35,928 nt of DNA. Origin: Thermodesulfovibrionales bacterium. Lineage in GTDB: Bacteria; Nitrospirota; Thermodesulfovibrionia; Thermodesulfovibrionales; UBA1546. This document shows, piece by piece, positions 18,020-27,832 of the stretch. The notes under the pieces were generated by a model. The model did not search any database and was not told the origin of the DNA. It worked only from the letters and a program-made list of their open reading frames with translations. The stretch lies in assembly GCA_030018605.1 (NCBI GenBank), contig JASEHP010000002.1, positions 1-35,928 of the forward strand. Direction: 5' to 3'. A program made the translations under genes and the position numbers. The first letter of the stretch is position 1. Each line of letters starts with the position of its first letter.

Positions 18020-18895
18020 ATGAGCAAAATCCTAAAACTCGGCATTCCCAAGGGAAGCCTTCAGGAGTCAACATTAAACCTTTTCAGAAAGGCAGGATAC
18101 CACATCTCTGTATCAAGCCGTTCATATTATCCGTCCTTTGACGACATTGAGGTTGAGGCAATGCTGATAAGGGCGCAGGAAATGGCAAGATATGTTGAGG
18201 ACGGAATACTTGACTGCGGGCTTACAGGCAAAGACTGGATACTGGAACAGAACGCCGACGTGCATGAGGTTGCAGAACTCATCTATGCAAAGGAAGGCCT
18301 AAGGCCTGTAAAATGGGTTATTGCCGTGCCGAATGACTCAAAGATAAAAAGCGTAAAAGGCTTGAACGGCAAACGCATTGCAACAGAGCTTGTAGGGTTT
18401 ACAAAGAAATTTCTCAAGGCAAGAGGGATAAAGGCAGAGGTTGATTTTTCATGGGGCGCAACAGAGGTAAAACCGCCCTACCTTGCTGACGCCATAGTCG
18501 AGCTTACGGAGACAGGCACGTCTTTAAGGGCAAACAATCTGCGAATCGTTGAAACCATTCTTGAGTCAAGCACAAGATTCATTGCAAACAAAAAGGCGTG
18601 GCAGGACAGGTGGAAAAAACAGAAGATGGAAAATATTGTCATGCTCCTGAAGGGCGCATTGTCTGCCGAGGAAAAAGTCGGGCTCAAGATGAACGTCCCT
18701 GAGAGGTCATTTAAACGCGTGATGAGCCTTCTTTCAGCCATGCACTCGCCAACCATATCTGCGCTTTCAGATAAGGGGTGGTATGCCCTTGAAGTGATAA
18801 TTGACGAGAAAGTTGTGCGGGACATTATCCCGAAACTGAAGACTGCGGGCGCGTCAGGCATAGTGGAGTATCAGTTAAATAAAGTTATACCGTAA
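18020..18895 (+). CDS. hisG: ATP phosphoribosyltransferase
   Basis: 291 aa from the ATG at 18020 (GAGGAG SD). The track start at 17990 is [15 protein letters not shown]...[25 protein letters not shown]...[12 protein letters not shown] are typical HisG features. Confidence 0.9.
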   Translation: MSKILKLGIPKGSLQESTLNLFRKAGYHISVSSRSYYPSFDDIEVEAMLIRAQEMARYVEDGILDCGLTGKDWILEQNADVHEVAELIYAKEGLRPVKWVIAVPNDSKIKSVKGLNGKRIATELVGFTKKFLKARGIKAEVDFSWGATEVKPPYLADAIVELTETGTSLRANNLRIVETILESSTRFIANKKAWQDRWKKQKMENIVMLLKGALSAEEKVGLKMNVPERSFKRVMSLLSAMHSPTISALSDKGWYALEVIIDEKVVRDIIPKLKTAGASGIVEYQLNKVIP

Positions 18896-18905
18896 TTATG
18901 AAAAA

Positions 18906-18951
18906 GACAGGATATAACCTTTTCGCTCGAATATCATATCCTGTCCTTTTT
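18906..18951 (+). terminator. Rho-independent terminator-like hairpin between hisG and hisC
   Basis: gacaggatat (18906..18915) is the exact complement of atatcctgtc (18936..18945), followed by cTTTTT (18946..18951). Confidence 0.5.
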
Positions 18952-18979
18952 AAGTTATGGGCTAAGAGAAAGAATTAGA

Positions 18980-20038
18980 ATGAAGCTAAGCATAAAGAGC
19001 CTTGTCGGTCCGAACATCCGCAGTCTCAGGGCGTATAGCGCAAAAGAGATTCCATGCAGTGTAAAGCTTGATGCGAATGAAAGCCCTTATGGTTTTGAGA
19101 TTGCTGATAAAATCTTAAAGTCAATTAAAACCAACCGTTACCCTGATCCTGAAGCAAAAACTCTAAAAAAAATTATCGCAAAAAATCTGAGACTGAATCC
19201 TGAGAATATCGTTTTTGGAAACGGCTCTGATGAGCTGATATATTATCTCATAACCGTCTTCGGCGGGCCTGTTCTGTACCCTGTTCCCACGTTTTCAATG
19301 TACGGCATTATCTCTCAGGCGCTGGGAGAGAAAAGAATAGAAGTTCCGCTGGATGATGAATTTGACCTTGATACAGACAGAATACTGTCTTTAATTAAAA
19401 AAGAAAAACCGGGGATTATCTTCCTGAGCAGTCCTAATAACCCCACAGGCAATTGTTTTTCATCGGAAAGAATTTTAAAAATAGTTGAATTTGCCTCGTC
19501 ACTTGTTACTCGTCACTCGTCACTGGTCGTAGTTGACGAGGCATATCAGCCTTTTTCAAGCGAAAAGGGTTTTCTGCCGATGTTAAACGACTATAAAAAC
19601 CTCGTGAGTCTCAGAACCCTGAGCAAGATAGGCTTTGCAGGACTGCGGGTAGGCTTTATGATTGCCGACAAAGAGATAATAAATGAGGTAAATAAGGTAA
19701 GGCTGCCGTTTAACTTAAATTCTATTTCTCAGGCAGTTGCAGCGGAATTGATTAAAAACCTCAAGACAATAAAACTACACATAGGACTTATTACTTCCGA
19801 GAGGGAGAGGCTTCTTAATGAACTGTGGAAGATAAGGGGTATAAAACCCTATCCGTCCGAGGCTAATTTTATATTATTCAAAGTTAAGAATTCTGATAAA
19901 ATCTATTACAGGCTTCTTAAAAAAGGCGTGCTCGTGCGGAATATGAAAGACGTTGTGAATGGATGTTTAAGAGTAACAGTAGGGACTAAACAAGAAAACA
20001 GTATTTTTATCAAAACTCTTAAAGAGGTGATGAAATGA
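18980..20038 (+). CDS. hisC: Histidinol-phosphate aminotransferase
   Basis: 352 aa. [34 protein letters not shown] and [15 protein letters not shown] (PLP Lys) motifs. Confidence 0.93.
   Translation: MKLSIKSLVGPNIRSLRAYSAKEIPCSVKLDANESPYGFEIADKILKSIKTNRYPDPEAKTLKKIIAKNLRLNPENIVFGNGSDELIYYLITVFGGPVLYPVPTFSMYGIISQALGEKRIEVPLDDEFDLDTDRILSLIKKEKPGIIFLSSPNNPTGNCFSSERILKIVEFASSLVTRHSSLVVVDEAYQPFSSEKGFLPMLNDYKNLVSLRTLSKIGFAGLRVGFMIADKEIINEVNKVRLPFNLNSISQAVAAELIKNLKTIKLHIGLITSERERLLNELWKIRGIKPYPSEANFILFKVKNSDKIYYRLLKKGVLVRNMKDVVNGCLRVTVGTKQENSIFIKTLKEVMK
19496..19537. repeat. Six tandem heptamers inside hisC, in frame (encode [14 protein letters not shown])
   Basis: tcgtcac ttgttac tcgtcac tcgtcac tggtcgt agttgac. 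The reverse complement reads ...cagtgac gagtgac gagtaac aagtgac..., resembling the intergenic YAGTGNN arrays. Confidence 0.6.
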
Positions 20039-20622
20039 GAAAGGCATTGATTAAGAGAAAGACAAAAGAGACGGACATATCTCTGGATTTAAATCTTGAC
20101 GGCAGAGGAAGTTATTCAATAAACACCTCAATCCCGTTTCTTGACCACATGCTTTCCCTGATGTGCAAACACGGGCTTTTTGATATGAAACTGAAAGCAA
20201 AAGGCGATATAGCCATTGATGACCATCACACTGTTGAAGACATCGGCATAGTGTTAGGCAAGGCTGTTAAGCAGGCAGGGGGAGACATGAAGGGAATAGC
20301 GCGATACGGACAGGCATCCGTGCCTATGGATGAAGCGCTCGCCTCGGTAAGCATTGATATCAGCGGAAGGCCCTATCTTGTTTATAAAGTTGAATTCCCG
20401 GAAAAAAGCAAACTGAAGGACTTTGACCCTGACCTTATAGAAGACTTTCTTCAGGCTTTTGTAAGCAACAGCAGCATAACGCTCCATATCAATGCTCTTT
20501 ACGGAAGAAATATTCATCATATTATTGAAGCAGTTTTCAAAGGTCTCGGCAGGGCGCTCAGAGAAGCAGTTACTATTAATCCAAGGGTGAAAGGCATTCC
20601 GTCTACAAAGGGAAAACTTTAG
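20035..20622 (+). CDS. hisB: Imidazoleglycerol-phosphate dehydratase (monofunctional)
   Basis: 195 aa. RKTKETDI...FLDHML...HG.FD...[17 protein letters not shown]...HHI.EA.FK..GRAL. ATGA overlap with the hisC stop. Confidence 0.95.
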   Translation: MRKALIKRKTKETDISLDLNLDGRGSYSINTSIPFLDHMLSLMCKHGLFDMKLKAKGDIAIDDHHTVEDIGIVLGKAVKQAGGDMKGIARYGQASVPMDEALASVSIDISGRPYLVYKVEFPEKSKLKDFDPDLIEDFLQAFVSNSSITLHINALYGRNIHHIIEAVFKGLGRALREAVTINPRVKGIPSTKGKL

Positions 20623-20637
20623 CAAAAATCATTTTCT

Positions 20638-21303
20638 ATGTCATCACGCTCTAAAATTCCCCTTCACGAAATCAAATACGTGCTTCTCGATATGGACGGC
20701 ACGCTGCTTGATAAGTACTTTGACGATTACTTCTGGGAACACCTTGTGCCTGAGAAATATGCGGAGAAAAACAATACCACCTTCGGCAAGGCAAAGGAAG
20801 AGCTTTTCAAAAAATACAAACATCACGAAGGCACATTGAACTGGACAGACATTGATTTCTGGTCAAAGGAACTCAATCTCGACATCCCTGCCCTCAAAGA
20901 ACAGATACGACACCTCATAGAGATTCATCCTCATGTGGAAGATTTTTTGAAAATGCTGAAAAAACAGAAGAAAAAAGTTTTTCTTGTTACAAATGCTCAT
21001 TATAAAGTTCTGGATTTAAAATTTAAGAAAACAGAGCTCGGAAAATATTTTGACGCCGCGATTACATCTTTTGAGATGGGATACCCCAAAGAGATGCTTG
21101 AATTCTGGGAAAAAGCAGAAAAGAAGCTTGGCTTTGAGAGGGAAAAGACTCTCTTCGTTGATGATACAGAGGAGATACTAAAGACGGCAAGGAAATACGG
21201 GATAAAATATATTATTCATAAGGCAAAGGCAAATTCCAAAATCAAGCCTAAGCTGGCAAAGGAGTTTACGCATATTTTTGATTTTAAGGAGTTAATGAAG
21301 TAA
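20638..21303 (+). CDS. HAD superfamily (subfamily IA-like) phosphatase
   Basis: 221 aa. Motif I LLDMDGTLLD, motif II LVTNA, and a C-terminal FVDDT acidic motif. Confidence 0.75.
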   Translation: MSSRSKIPLHEIKYVLLDMDGTLLDKYFDDYFWEHLVPEKYAEKNNTTFGKAKEELFKKYKHHEGTLNWTDIDFWSKELNLDIPALKEQIRHLIEIHPHVEDFLKMLKKQKKKVFLVTNAHYKVLDLKFKKTELGKYFDAAITSFEMGYPKEMLEFWEKAEKKLGFEREKTLFVDDTEEILKTARKYGIKYIIHKAKANSKIKPKLAKEFTHIFDFKELMK

Positions 21304-21312
21304 TTCCTAAGA

Positions 21313-21371
21313 TGTCATTCCCGCTTGTCGGGAATCCTTCCGAAGAAGGATGCTGGACAAGCCAGCATGAC
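21313..21371. repeat. Small structured repeat element (three consecutive hairpins, tgtcat...atgaca ends)
   Basis: tgtcATTCCCGcttgtCGGGAATCCTTCcgaaGAAGGatGCTGGacaagCCAGCatgaca. It translates as MSFPLVGNPSEEGCWTSQHDK and falsely extends the nadB ORF. Confidence 0.65.
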
Positions 21372-21407
21372 AAAAAATATAGCGATGTATTTAGGAAACA
21401 TAGACAT

Positions 21408-22982
21408 ATGGAAACAGAAACCGTTGATTTACTAATTATCGGAAGCGGGGTTGCGGGGCTACGGGCTGCGATAGAGCTTGCGCCTTACGGCAATGTCCTT
21501 GTTGTTACAAAGGATATGCCCAAAGAAAGCAGCACCGAATATGCGCAGGGAGGCATTGCCGTTGCCCTGAGCGATGAAGACAAGGTCGGGATACATTTTG
21601 AAGATACGCTAAAGGCGGGAGACGGCCTCTGCAACGAAAACGCAGTGAAAATCCTTGTTGAAGAGGGCCCCAGGAGAATTCTTGAACTTATCTCATGGGG
21701 CGCTGAATTTGATAAAGAGGGAACAAGGCTTGATTTTACGATAGAAGGAGCGCATTCAAGGAAAAGAGTGCTGCATGCGCATGGAGATTCCACGGGCAAG
21801 GAGCTTGAGCGCGTGCTTTTAAACAAGACGCGATCTTTTCCATCTGTAAAAAAATATCCGTTTGCATTTACCGTTGACCTCATTGTAATTGACAACGAAT
21901 GTTATGGCGCTTATGTATTGAAAGAAAGAAAAATATGCGCCATTCTTGCCAAGGCAACAATCCTCTGCACCGGAGGCGCAGGGCAGATATTTTCCAGAAC
22001 TACAAATCCATTGGTTGCAACAGGAGACGGCATGGCAATAGCCTTCCGCGCAGGCGCACAGCTTGAAGACATGGAATTCATTCAGTTTCATCCCACAAGC
22101 CTCTACTCGCCTTACGCCCCGCAATTTCTGCTCAGCGAGGCAATGAGAGGCGAAGGGGCAATTTTAAAGAATGTAAACAAAGAGCCTTTCATGAAAGATT
22201 ATCACCCAAACGCGGAACTTGCACCGAGAGATATCGTATCAAGGGCTATAATCTCGGAGATGGTAAAAACAAACAGCAGTCATGTCTATCTTGACATGAT
22301 GCATCTCAATAGCGAATTTCTCAGAAAACGGTTCCCTCAGATTTATTCCACATGCCTTCAATATAATGTAGACATAACAAGCAACCTGATTCCCGTATCA
22401 CCCGCCGCCCACTATATCATGGGAGGCGTAAGAACCGGCGTCAACGGCGCCACAAGCATAAAAAGGCTGTATGCAGCTGGTGAATCCGCATGCACAGGAG
22501 TGCACGGAGCAAACAGGCTCGCAAGCAACAGCCTTCTTGAAGGGCTTGTTTACGGAGCGCGCACAGGCAGCGCTGCATATCAATCATCTTCTGACATAAA
22601 AAATCCAGCGGCTGTGAAAGAGCATGTATCAGAGTATACTGCCGCATATCATTCCATTCCGGAACATGATGAGATAAGAATGACTCTGAGAAAGCTTATG
22701 TGGGACAGGGTCGGGATAATAAGATGCGCCGATTCTCTTGAAAAGGCAAAAAGTAAACTTTCAGAGTGGTCGTTTATGCTGGACAAAATGTTTTTTACGA
22801 GACGCGAACTTGAATTGAAAAACATGCTCACAGTTGCAATGATGATCACGGAGGCCGCCTCTCTCAGAAAAGGAAGCGCAGGAGCGCATTACAGGTCTGA
22901 TTTTCCGCAAAAAGGCAAAGACTGGCAGAAACATATTGCGCTGGCCAGAGAAGATGATAGAATAAAATATAGCTTGGAATAA
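21408..22982 (+). CDS. nadB: L-aspartate oxidase
   Basis: 524 aa from the ATG at 21408. DLLIIGSGVAGLRAA (FAD fold), YAQGGIA, HAHGDSTG, FHPT, MGGV..., AAGE.ACTGVHGANRLASNSLLE. Confidence 0.93.
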   Translation: METETVDLLIIGSGVAGLRAAIELAPYGNVLVVTKDMPKESSTEYAQGGIAVALSDEDKVGIHFEDTLKAGDGLCNENAVKILVEEGPRRILELISWGAEFDKEGTRLDFTIEGAHSRKRVLHAHGDSTGKELERVLLNKTRSFPSVKKYPFAFTVDLIVIDNECYGAYVLKERKICAILAKATILCTGGAGQIFSRTTNPLVATGDGMAIAFRAGAQLEDMEFIQFHPTSLYSPYAPQFLLSEAMRGEGAILKNVNKEPFMKDYHPNAELAPRDIVSRAIISEMVKTNSSHVYLDMMHLNSEFLRKRFPQIYSTCLQYNVDITSNLIPVSPAAHYIMGGVRTGVNGATSIKRLYAAGESACTGVHGANRLASNSLLEGLVYGARTGSAAYQSSSDIKNPAAVKEHVSEYTAAYHSIPEHDEIRMTLRKLMWDRVGIIRCADSLEKAKSKLSEWSFMLDKMFFTRRELELKNMLTVAMMITEAASLRKGSAGAHYRSDFPQKGKDWQKHIALAREDDRIKYSLE

Positions 22983-23005
22983 AAGATGCCTCAAAAGAGG
23001 AGATA

Positions 23006-24424
23006 ATGAATACCAGAAAAACCAAGATAGTCTGCACAATAGGCCCTGCGTCATCAGGCCGCGAGGCAATACGCTCCCTTATAAAAGGCGGGATGGATGT
23101 CGCAAGGCTGAACTTCTCTCACGGCGACCATGTTACTTACAAAAAGATTGCAAAACTTATAAGAGAAGAATCCGGAAACCTTAAAAAGGCAGTAGCGATA
23201 CTCCAGGACCTCCAAGGAATAAAGATACGAGTTGGACTTGTCAGCAACGGTTCGGTAGAGCTTAAAAAAGGCGCAGAGATATTTCTGCACAGCGGCAAAG
23301 AGGTCAGCCGCAATAAGCACATATTCATTTCCTATCCTGCGCTCAGAAAAGACATGAGAATAGGTGACAGGATACTTTTTGATGACGGTTTGATTCAGGC
23401 AAATGTAACCGGCAAGACCCGTGACGGCTTAAGAGCAAAAATTATTGATGGCGGTGTTTTAAGGGATAAAAAAGGAGTCAATCTGCCTCGTGTGAAAACA
23501 ACCTTGCCGTCCTTCACGGATAAAGACAAAAAGGACCTCAGTTTCGGGTTAACAATCGGTGTTGATTATGCGGCGCTGTCCTTTGTACGAAGCGCAAGCG
23601 ACGTAAGGGTTGTAAAGGAATGGCTTAAAAAAAGGCGCGCATCTCTGCCTCTCATAGCAAAGATCGAAAAGCCTGAGGCACTTGACGATATTGACGGCAT
23701 ACTTGATGAAGCAGACGGAATAATGATTGCAAGGGGAGACCTCGGAGTCGAAGTATCTCCCGAAGAGGTTCCCGTCATACAGAAAATGCTCATCAGCAAA
23801 GCTAATGAAAAAGGAAAACTTGTGATAACAGCAACACAGATGCTTGAATCAATGACAGAGCATTCAAAACCCACAAGGGCAGAGGCGACAGATGTTGCAA
23901 ACGCTGTGATAGACGGAAGCGATGCGCTTATGCTATCGGCAGAGACTGCTACAGGGAAATACGCTCTAAATTCAGTAAAGATGATGGATAGGATTATAAG
24001 ATACACAGGGTCTAAATCCTTAGGCAAAAGGGATTATTACGGCTTTGCCAGTCTCTTCTCTGATTTTTCCGGCGCAGTTGCAGAGGCTGCATGCACCGCA
24101 GCAGAGGATATTCGCGCAAAAGCAATAGTTGCATTCACCCAATCGGGATTTACGGCAAGGCTTGTATCCAAGTTCAGGCCCGAAATAGCGATAATAGGCG
24201 TTACTCCCCATAACAATATTAAGCGGAGTATGTCTCTTTACAGGGGAGTAACACCTATGCTCATCTCTCACGTATCTGACACGGATGATATGATTCAGAA
24301 AGTAGGAAAATTACTAATTGCCTCCAGGACAGCAAAAAGAGGCGATAATATCGTCATTACCGCAGGCTCGCCACTTCTGAAACGCGGCACAACAAATCTT
24401 ATAAAACTGCACAAAATTTCATAG
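23006..24424 (+). CDS. pyk: Pyruvate kinase
   Basis: 472 aa. TKIVCTIGPAS...GMDVARLNFSHG...IAKIE...MIARGDLGVE...ATQMLESM...PTRAE.TDVANAV.DG.DA.MLS.ETA.GKY. GAGGAG SD. Confidence 0.96.
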   Translation: MNTRKTKIVCTIGPASSGREAIRSLIKGGMDVARLNFSHGDHVTYKKIAKLIREESGNLKKAVAILQDLQGIKIRVGLVSNGSVELKKGAEIFLHSGKEVSRNKHIFISYPALRKDMRIGDRILFDDGLIQANVTGKTRDGLRAKIIDGGVLRDKKGVNLPRVKTTLPSFTDKDKKDLSFGLTIGVDYAALSFVRSASDVRVVKEWLKKRRASLPLIAKIEKPEALDDIDGILDEADGIMIARGDLGVEVSPEEVPVIQKMLISKANEKGKLVITATQMLESMTEHSKPTRAEATDVANAVIDGSDALMLSAETATGKYALNSVKMMDRIIRYTGSKSLGKRDYYGFASLFSDFSGAVAEAACTAAEDIRAKAIVAFTQSGFTARLVSKFRPEIAIIGVTPHNNIKRSMSLYRGVTPMLISHVSDTDDMIQKVGKLLIASRTAKRGDNIVITAGSPLLKRGTTNLIKLHKIS

Positions 24425-25774
24425 CTAAGGGACTTTTATTTCATAAGCCTTAATCTTGCGGTGCAGGTTGCTTCTTTCTATGTCCAGAACCTCGGCTGTC
24501 TTTGATATATTCCAGTTATTTTCCCCAAGCTTCTTCGTGATATACTCTTTCTCAAATGCATCTCTCGCATCCTTAATGGTCTTATATTTAAAATAGTCGG
24601 AGCCGTCGTGTTCAACCATAGGGATAAAGAGGTTTTTGGCGTTTATTATATTTGAAGGTGTCATTATGACAAGCCTCTCTATGACATTCTTAAGTTCCCT
24701 GACGTTTCCGGGCCAGTCGTATGACTGAAGATATTTCAATGCATCGGGCAGTATCTTTCTCGGAGGCTTGCCGTATTCCGCTGCAAGAGAATTAAGAAAA
24801 TATTCAACAAGAGCCGGGATATCATCTTTTCTTTCCCTCAAAGGCGGGATAAATAAAGGTATGACGTTCAGCCTGAAGAAAAGGTCTTCCCTGAAGCCGC
24901 CTTTTTTTACTTCTTCCCTGAGGTCTTTGTTTGTGGCGGCAATTATCCTGACGTCAACATTTATATTCTTATTCCCCCCTACCCTTTGAAACTCCTGAGT
25001 CTCAATCACGCGCAGAACCTTTGCCTGTGTCTGAAGCGACATGTCGCCAATTTCGTCGAGGAATAGCGCTCCGCCATCCGAAAGTTCAAACTTCCCGTTC
25101 TTCTTTTCAAACGCGCCCGTGAATGAGCCTTTCTCATGCCCGAAAAGCTCGCTCTCTATCAGTTCCTGGGGAATGGCAGCGCAATTAACTTCGACAAAAG
25201 GCCTTCCTGCCCTCGAGCTTTTTTCATGCAGCAGCCTTGCGACAACTTCTTTGCCTGTCCCGCTTTCTCCGTATATCAGAACCCGGCTGTTGCTCCTGGC
25301 AGCCATTTCCATCTGCTCCCGCAGATCCTTTATCTTCTGCGACTCGCCCACAAGTTTCCATTTCCTTGTAAGGTTTTCCTTAAATGCAATGTTTTCTCTC
25401 TCAAGCGTCCTCTTTTCAAGGGCTCTCTTTGAAACAAGAAGCACCCTCTCAAGGGAAAGCGGCTTCTCAAGAAAATCATATGCTCCGGTCTGCGTGGCTT
25501 TCACTGCAAGCTCAATGCTGCCGTGCCCTGATATCATTATTACCGGTATATCAGGCTTCATAACCTTTATCTCCTGCAGTGTCTTAATTCCATCCATGCC
25601 GGTAAGCCATATATCCAGAAAAACAAGGTCAGGGGAGGTTTCTCCGAGCATCTTTACCGCTTCTTCGCCTGAGTCTGCCGTCAAAACATCATACCCTTCG
25701 TCTTCCAGGATGCCTGACAGGCTTTCTCTTATGCCCTTTTCATCGTCCACTACAAGAATTACAGGTTTTGACAC
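24425..25774 (-). CDS. Sigma-54-dependent response regulator (NtrC family; NtrX-like by context)
   Basis: 449 aa. Receiver domain (ILVVDDE...DLVFLDIWL), AAA+ domain (GESGTGKEV, ESELFGHEKGSFTGA, RIIAATN) and a C-terminal Fis-type HTH. Confidence 0.9.
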   Translation of the reverse strand: MSKPVILVVDDEKGIRESLSGILEDEGYDVLTADSGEEAVKMLGETSPDLVFLDIWLTGMDGIKTLQEIKVMKPDIPVIMISGHGSIELAVKATQTGAYDFLEKPLSLERVLLVSKRALEKRTLERENIAFKENLTRKWKLVGESQKIKDLREQMEMAARSNSRVLIYGESGTGKEVVARLLHEKSSRAGRPFVEVNCAAIPQELIESELFGHEKGSFTGAFEKKNGKFELSDGGALFLDEIGDMSLQTQAKVLRVIETQEFQRVGGNKNINVDVRIIAATNKDLREEVKKGGFREDLFFRLNVIPLFIPPLRERKDDIPALVEYFLNSLAAEYGKPPRKILPDALKYLQSYDWPGNVRELKNVIERLVIMTPSNIINAKNLFIPMVEHDGSDYFKYKTIKDARDAFEKEYITKKLGENNWNISKTAEVLDIERSNLHRKIKAYEIKVP

Positions 25775-25792
25775 TTTACCTCTCCTCCGGGT

Positions 25793-27832
25793 CTATATAT
25801 CTTTTATAGGCAGATCTATCGTAAAGACCGTGCCTTTAGGGTTATTATCCCTGACCCTGATATATCCCCTGTGCTCCATAACAATCTTGTTAGCAATAGC
25901 AAGCCCCAGCCCTGTGCCGTCTTTTTTTGTAGAGAAGTAAGGAAGAAATATTTTATCCTTATCTACTTCCCTCATTCCCGGACCATCGTCAGCAATGTCC
26001 ATAAAAATCCTGTTTGCCGCCTTATCCATATGCACTTTAAGCTCTATATTACCACTATTGCCCATTGCCTGAAATGCATTGTCAAAAATATTAATCATCA
26101 CCCTCTTGAACTGCTCTCCATCCAATTCAACGGGCAGCATGTCGTCAGGCAATGAAACCTTCACGTTAAATCCCTTATAATCCTTATAGAGCTCCAGCAC
26201 TTCTTTTATAACAGCAGTAAGTCCGGTAGGCATCTTTTTTATCTCGGGCATCTTGCCAAATCTTGAGAACTCATCAACAAGCCTCTTAAGGCTGTCAACC
26301 TCATTCACTATTGTTCTTGTGGAGCGTTCAAATATCTGGTCAAAATCCTTATCCTTCTGCTCCCACTTCTTCAGCATCCTTTCAGTGGAAAGTTTTATGG
26401 GCGTAAGGGGATTTTTTATCTCATGCGCTATCCTCCTTGCGACCTCTTCCCACGCTATTGCCTTCTGCGCCTTTATGACATCAGTAAGATCGTCAAAGAC
26501 GACTAACAGCCCTATCGGAGTCGATGCCTTATCTCTGAGAGTGGTAACAAAGACTCTCAGTATGAGCCTTTTGTCTCCGACCGTCACCCTAACGTCTTTC
26601 TCTATGCCTTTGAGGTCTTTGATTATAATGCCCTTGATAAGGCTGTTGAGTTCTTCTGATGCAATTATTGCCGTCAGTTCCTTGTAGTTTTTATTGATTA
26701 CATCTTCAGCCTTAACATTTAAAATGGAACATGCGGAAATGTTGATGGTAAGTATCCTGCCGTGAACATCAAGGAACACGACACCTGAATTAATATTCGC
26801 AAGAATGTTCTCCATCCAGAGCCTCTCCCTGTCTGATTTAACATAAGCCTTCTGGAGGGTTTCTTTTCCGTCCTTCAACCCTGCCACCATATGGTTGAAA
26901 GAATTTATCAGCAGCCCTATCTCATCTTCCCTTTTAAGACTGAGACGGACATCAAGGTTGCCTGACGCAACTTCTTCTGTTGCCTGCGCAAGGCTCTGTA
27001 TGGGGTCTGTAATGCCCCTTGCAATCCTCAGCGCCACCCAGAGAGCCATAAACACAACAATCAAAGTAAAAAAGGCGAGTATTAAAAGATAGTTCATCTT
27101 CAAAGGCACCTTCCATGATTCCAGTTTCAGATAGTCTTCGTATGCACCTTTTACCTTTTCAACATTTGCCGCAATATCTTTTGGCAAAACGGTTTCAATA
27201 ACCAGAATGCCTGTCATTTTACCTCCGGAATATTCAGGAACGGCTGCCCTTATAATATCTCCCTTTTCTCCGGATATGACCTCTGTTCCCTCCTCGCCGT
27301 CAAACGCAGCCTTAATCGTCTCTGTTGGATTTTCAGGGCTTTTGCTCATATGAACCACCTTGTAGCCCGAAACGGATTTCTCACCTGAGACAACAGTCTT
27401 TGCAAATTCTATAGTCTTCTGCCTCTCCATTTCATAGACAGTCTTGGCAAGATTAAGCGAACTTATAATGGGCTGTCTGAACTGCGGCGTCAGAAGCCGG
27501 TCTATGTAATTCGTGACAAGCCCGCTGGCAACAAAGAACAGAAGCGTTGCCGGTATGGAAGTAAGCACAACAAATATCACGACAATCTTTGTCTTGAATT
27601 TATAACCGAGGATCTTTTGTTTTCGCTCTATGTAGAGCTTTATAAGGCTCTTGCTGACAAAGAATATCAGGGTCAGAAGAGCGATTATATTCAGGTTCAG
27701 AAGAACCAGAAGGATTACTATTGTCAAGACTGATACGGTTTCAAGCCTGATGTAATGAAGCTCGATCGCCGAAGCGGCAATGATAAAAATAAAAAAGCCC
27801 AGGAATAGCAGCCCGTTTCTAAGATTTTTCAT
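25793..27832 (-). CDS. Membrane sensor histidine kinase (NtrY-like: TM bundle, HAMP, PAS, HisKA, HATPase)
   Basis: 679 aa. Four or so N-terminal TM helices, a HAMP region (RGITDPIQSLAQATEEVASGNLD), PAS, the H-box ARRIAHEIKNPLTPI, N-box NIFDNA and G-boxes DDGPGM / GTGLGLA. Confidence 0.88.
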   Translation of the reverse strand: MKNLRNGLLFLGFFIFIIAASAIELHYIRLETVSVLTIVILLVLLNLNIIALLTLIFFVSKSLIKLYIERKQKILGYKFKTKIVVIFVVLTSIPATLLFFVASGLVTNYIDRLLTPQFRQPIISSLNLAKTVYEMERQKTIEFAKTVVSGEKSVSGYKVVHMSKSPENPTETIKAAFDGEEGTEVISGEKGDIIRAAVPEYSGGKMTGILVIETVLPKDIAANVEKVKGAYEDYLKLESWKVPLKMNYLLILAFFTLIVVFMALWVALRIARGITDPIQSLAQATEEVASGNLDVRLSLKREDEIGLLINSFNHMVAGLKDGKETLQKAYVKSDRERLWMENILANINSGVVFLDVHGRILTINISACSILNVKAEDVINKNYKELTAIIASEELNSLIKGIIIKDLKGIEKDVRVTVGDKRLILRVFVTTLRDKASTPIGLLVVFDDLTDVIKAQKAIAWEEVARRIAHEIKNPLTPIKLSTERMLKKWEQKDKDFDQIFERSTRTIVNEVDSLKRLVDEFSRFGKMPEIKKMPTGLTAVIKEVLELYKDYKGFNVKVSLPDDMLPVELDGEQFKRVMINIFDNAFQAMGNSGNIELKVHMDKAANRIFMDIADDGPGMREVDKDKIFLPYFSTKKDGTGLGLAIANKIVMEHRGYIRVRDNNPKGTVFTIDLPIKDI

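Noticed and set aside
25041-25940. 299-aa plus-strand ORF
   Set aside because: Antisense to the sigma-54 regulator and the kinase 3' end. Very Ser-rich translation with no SD. Shadow ORF.
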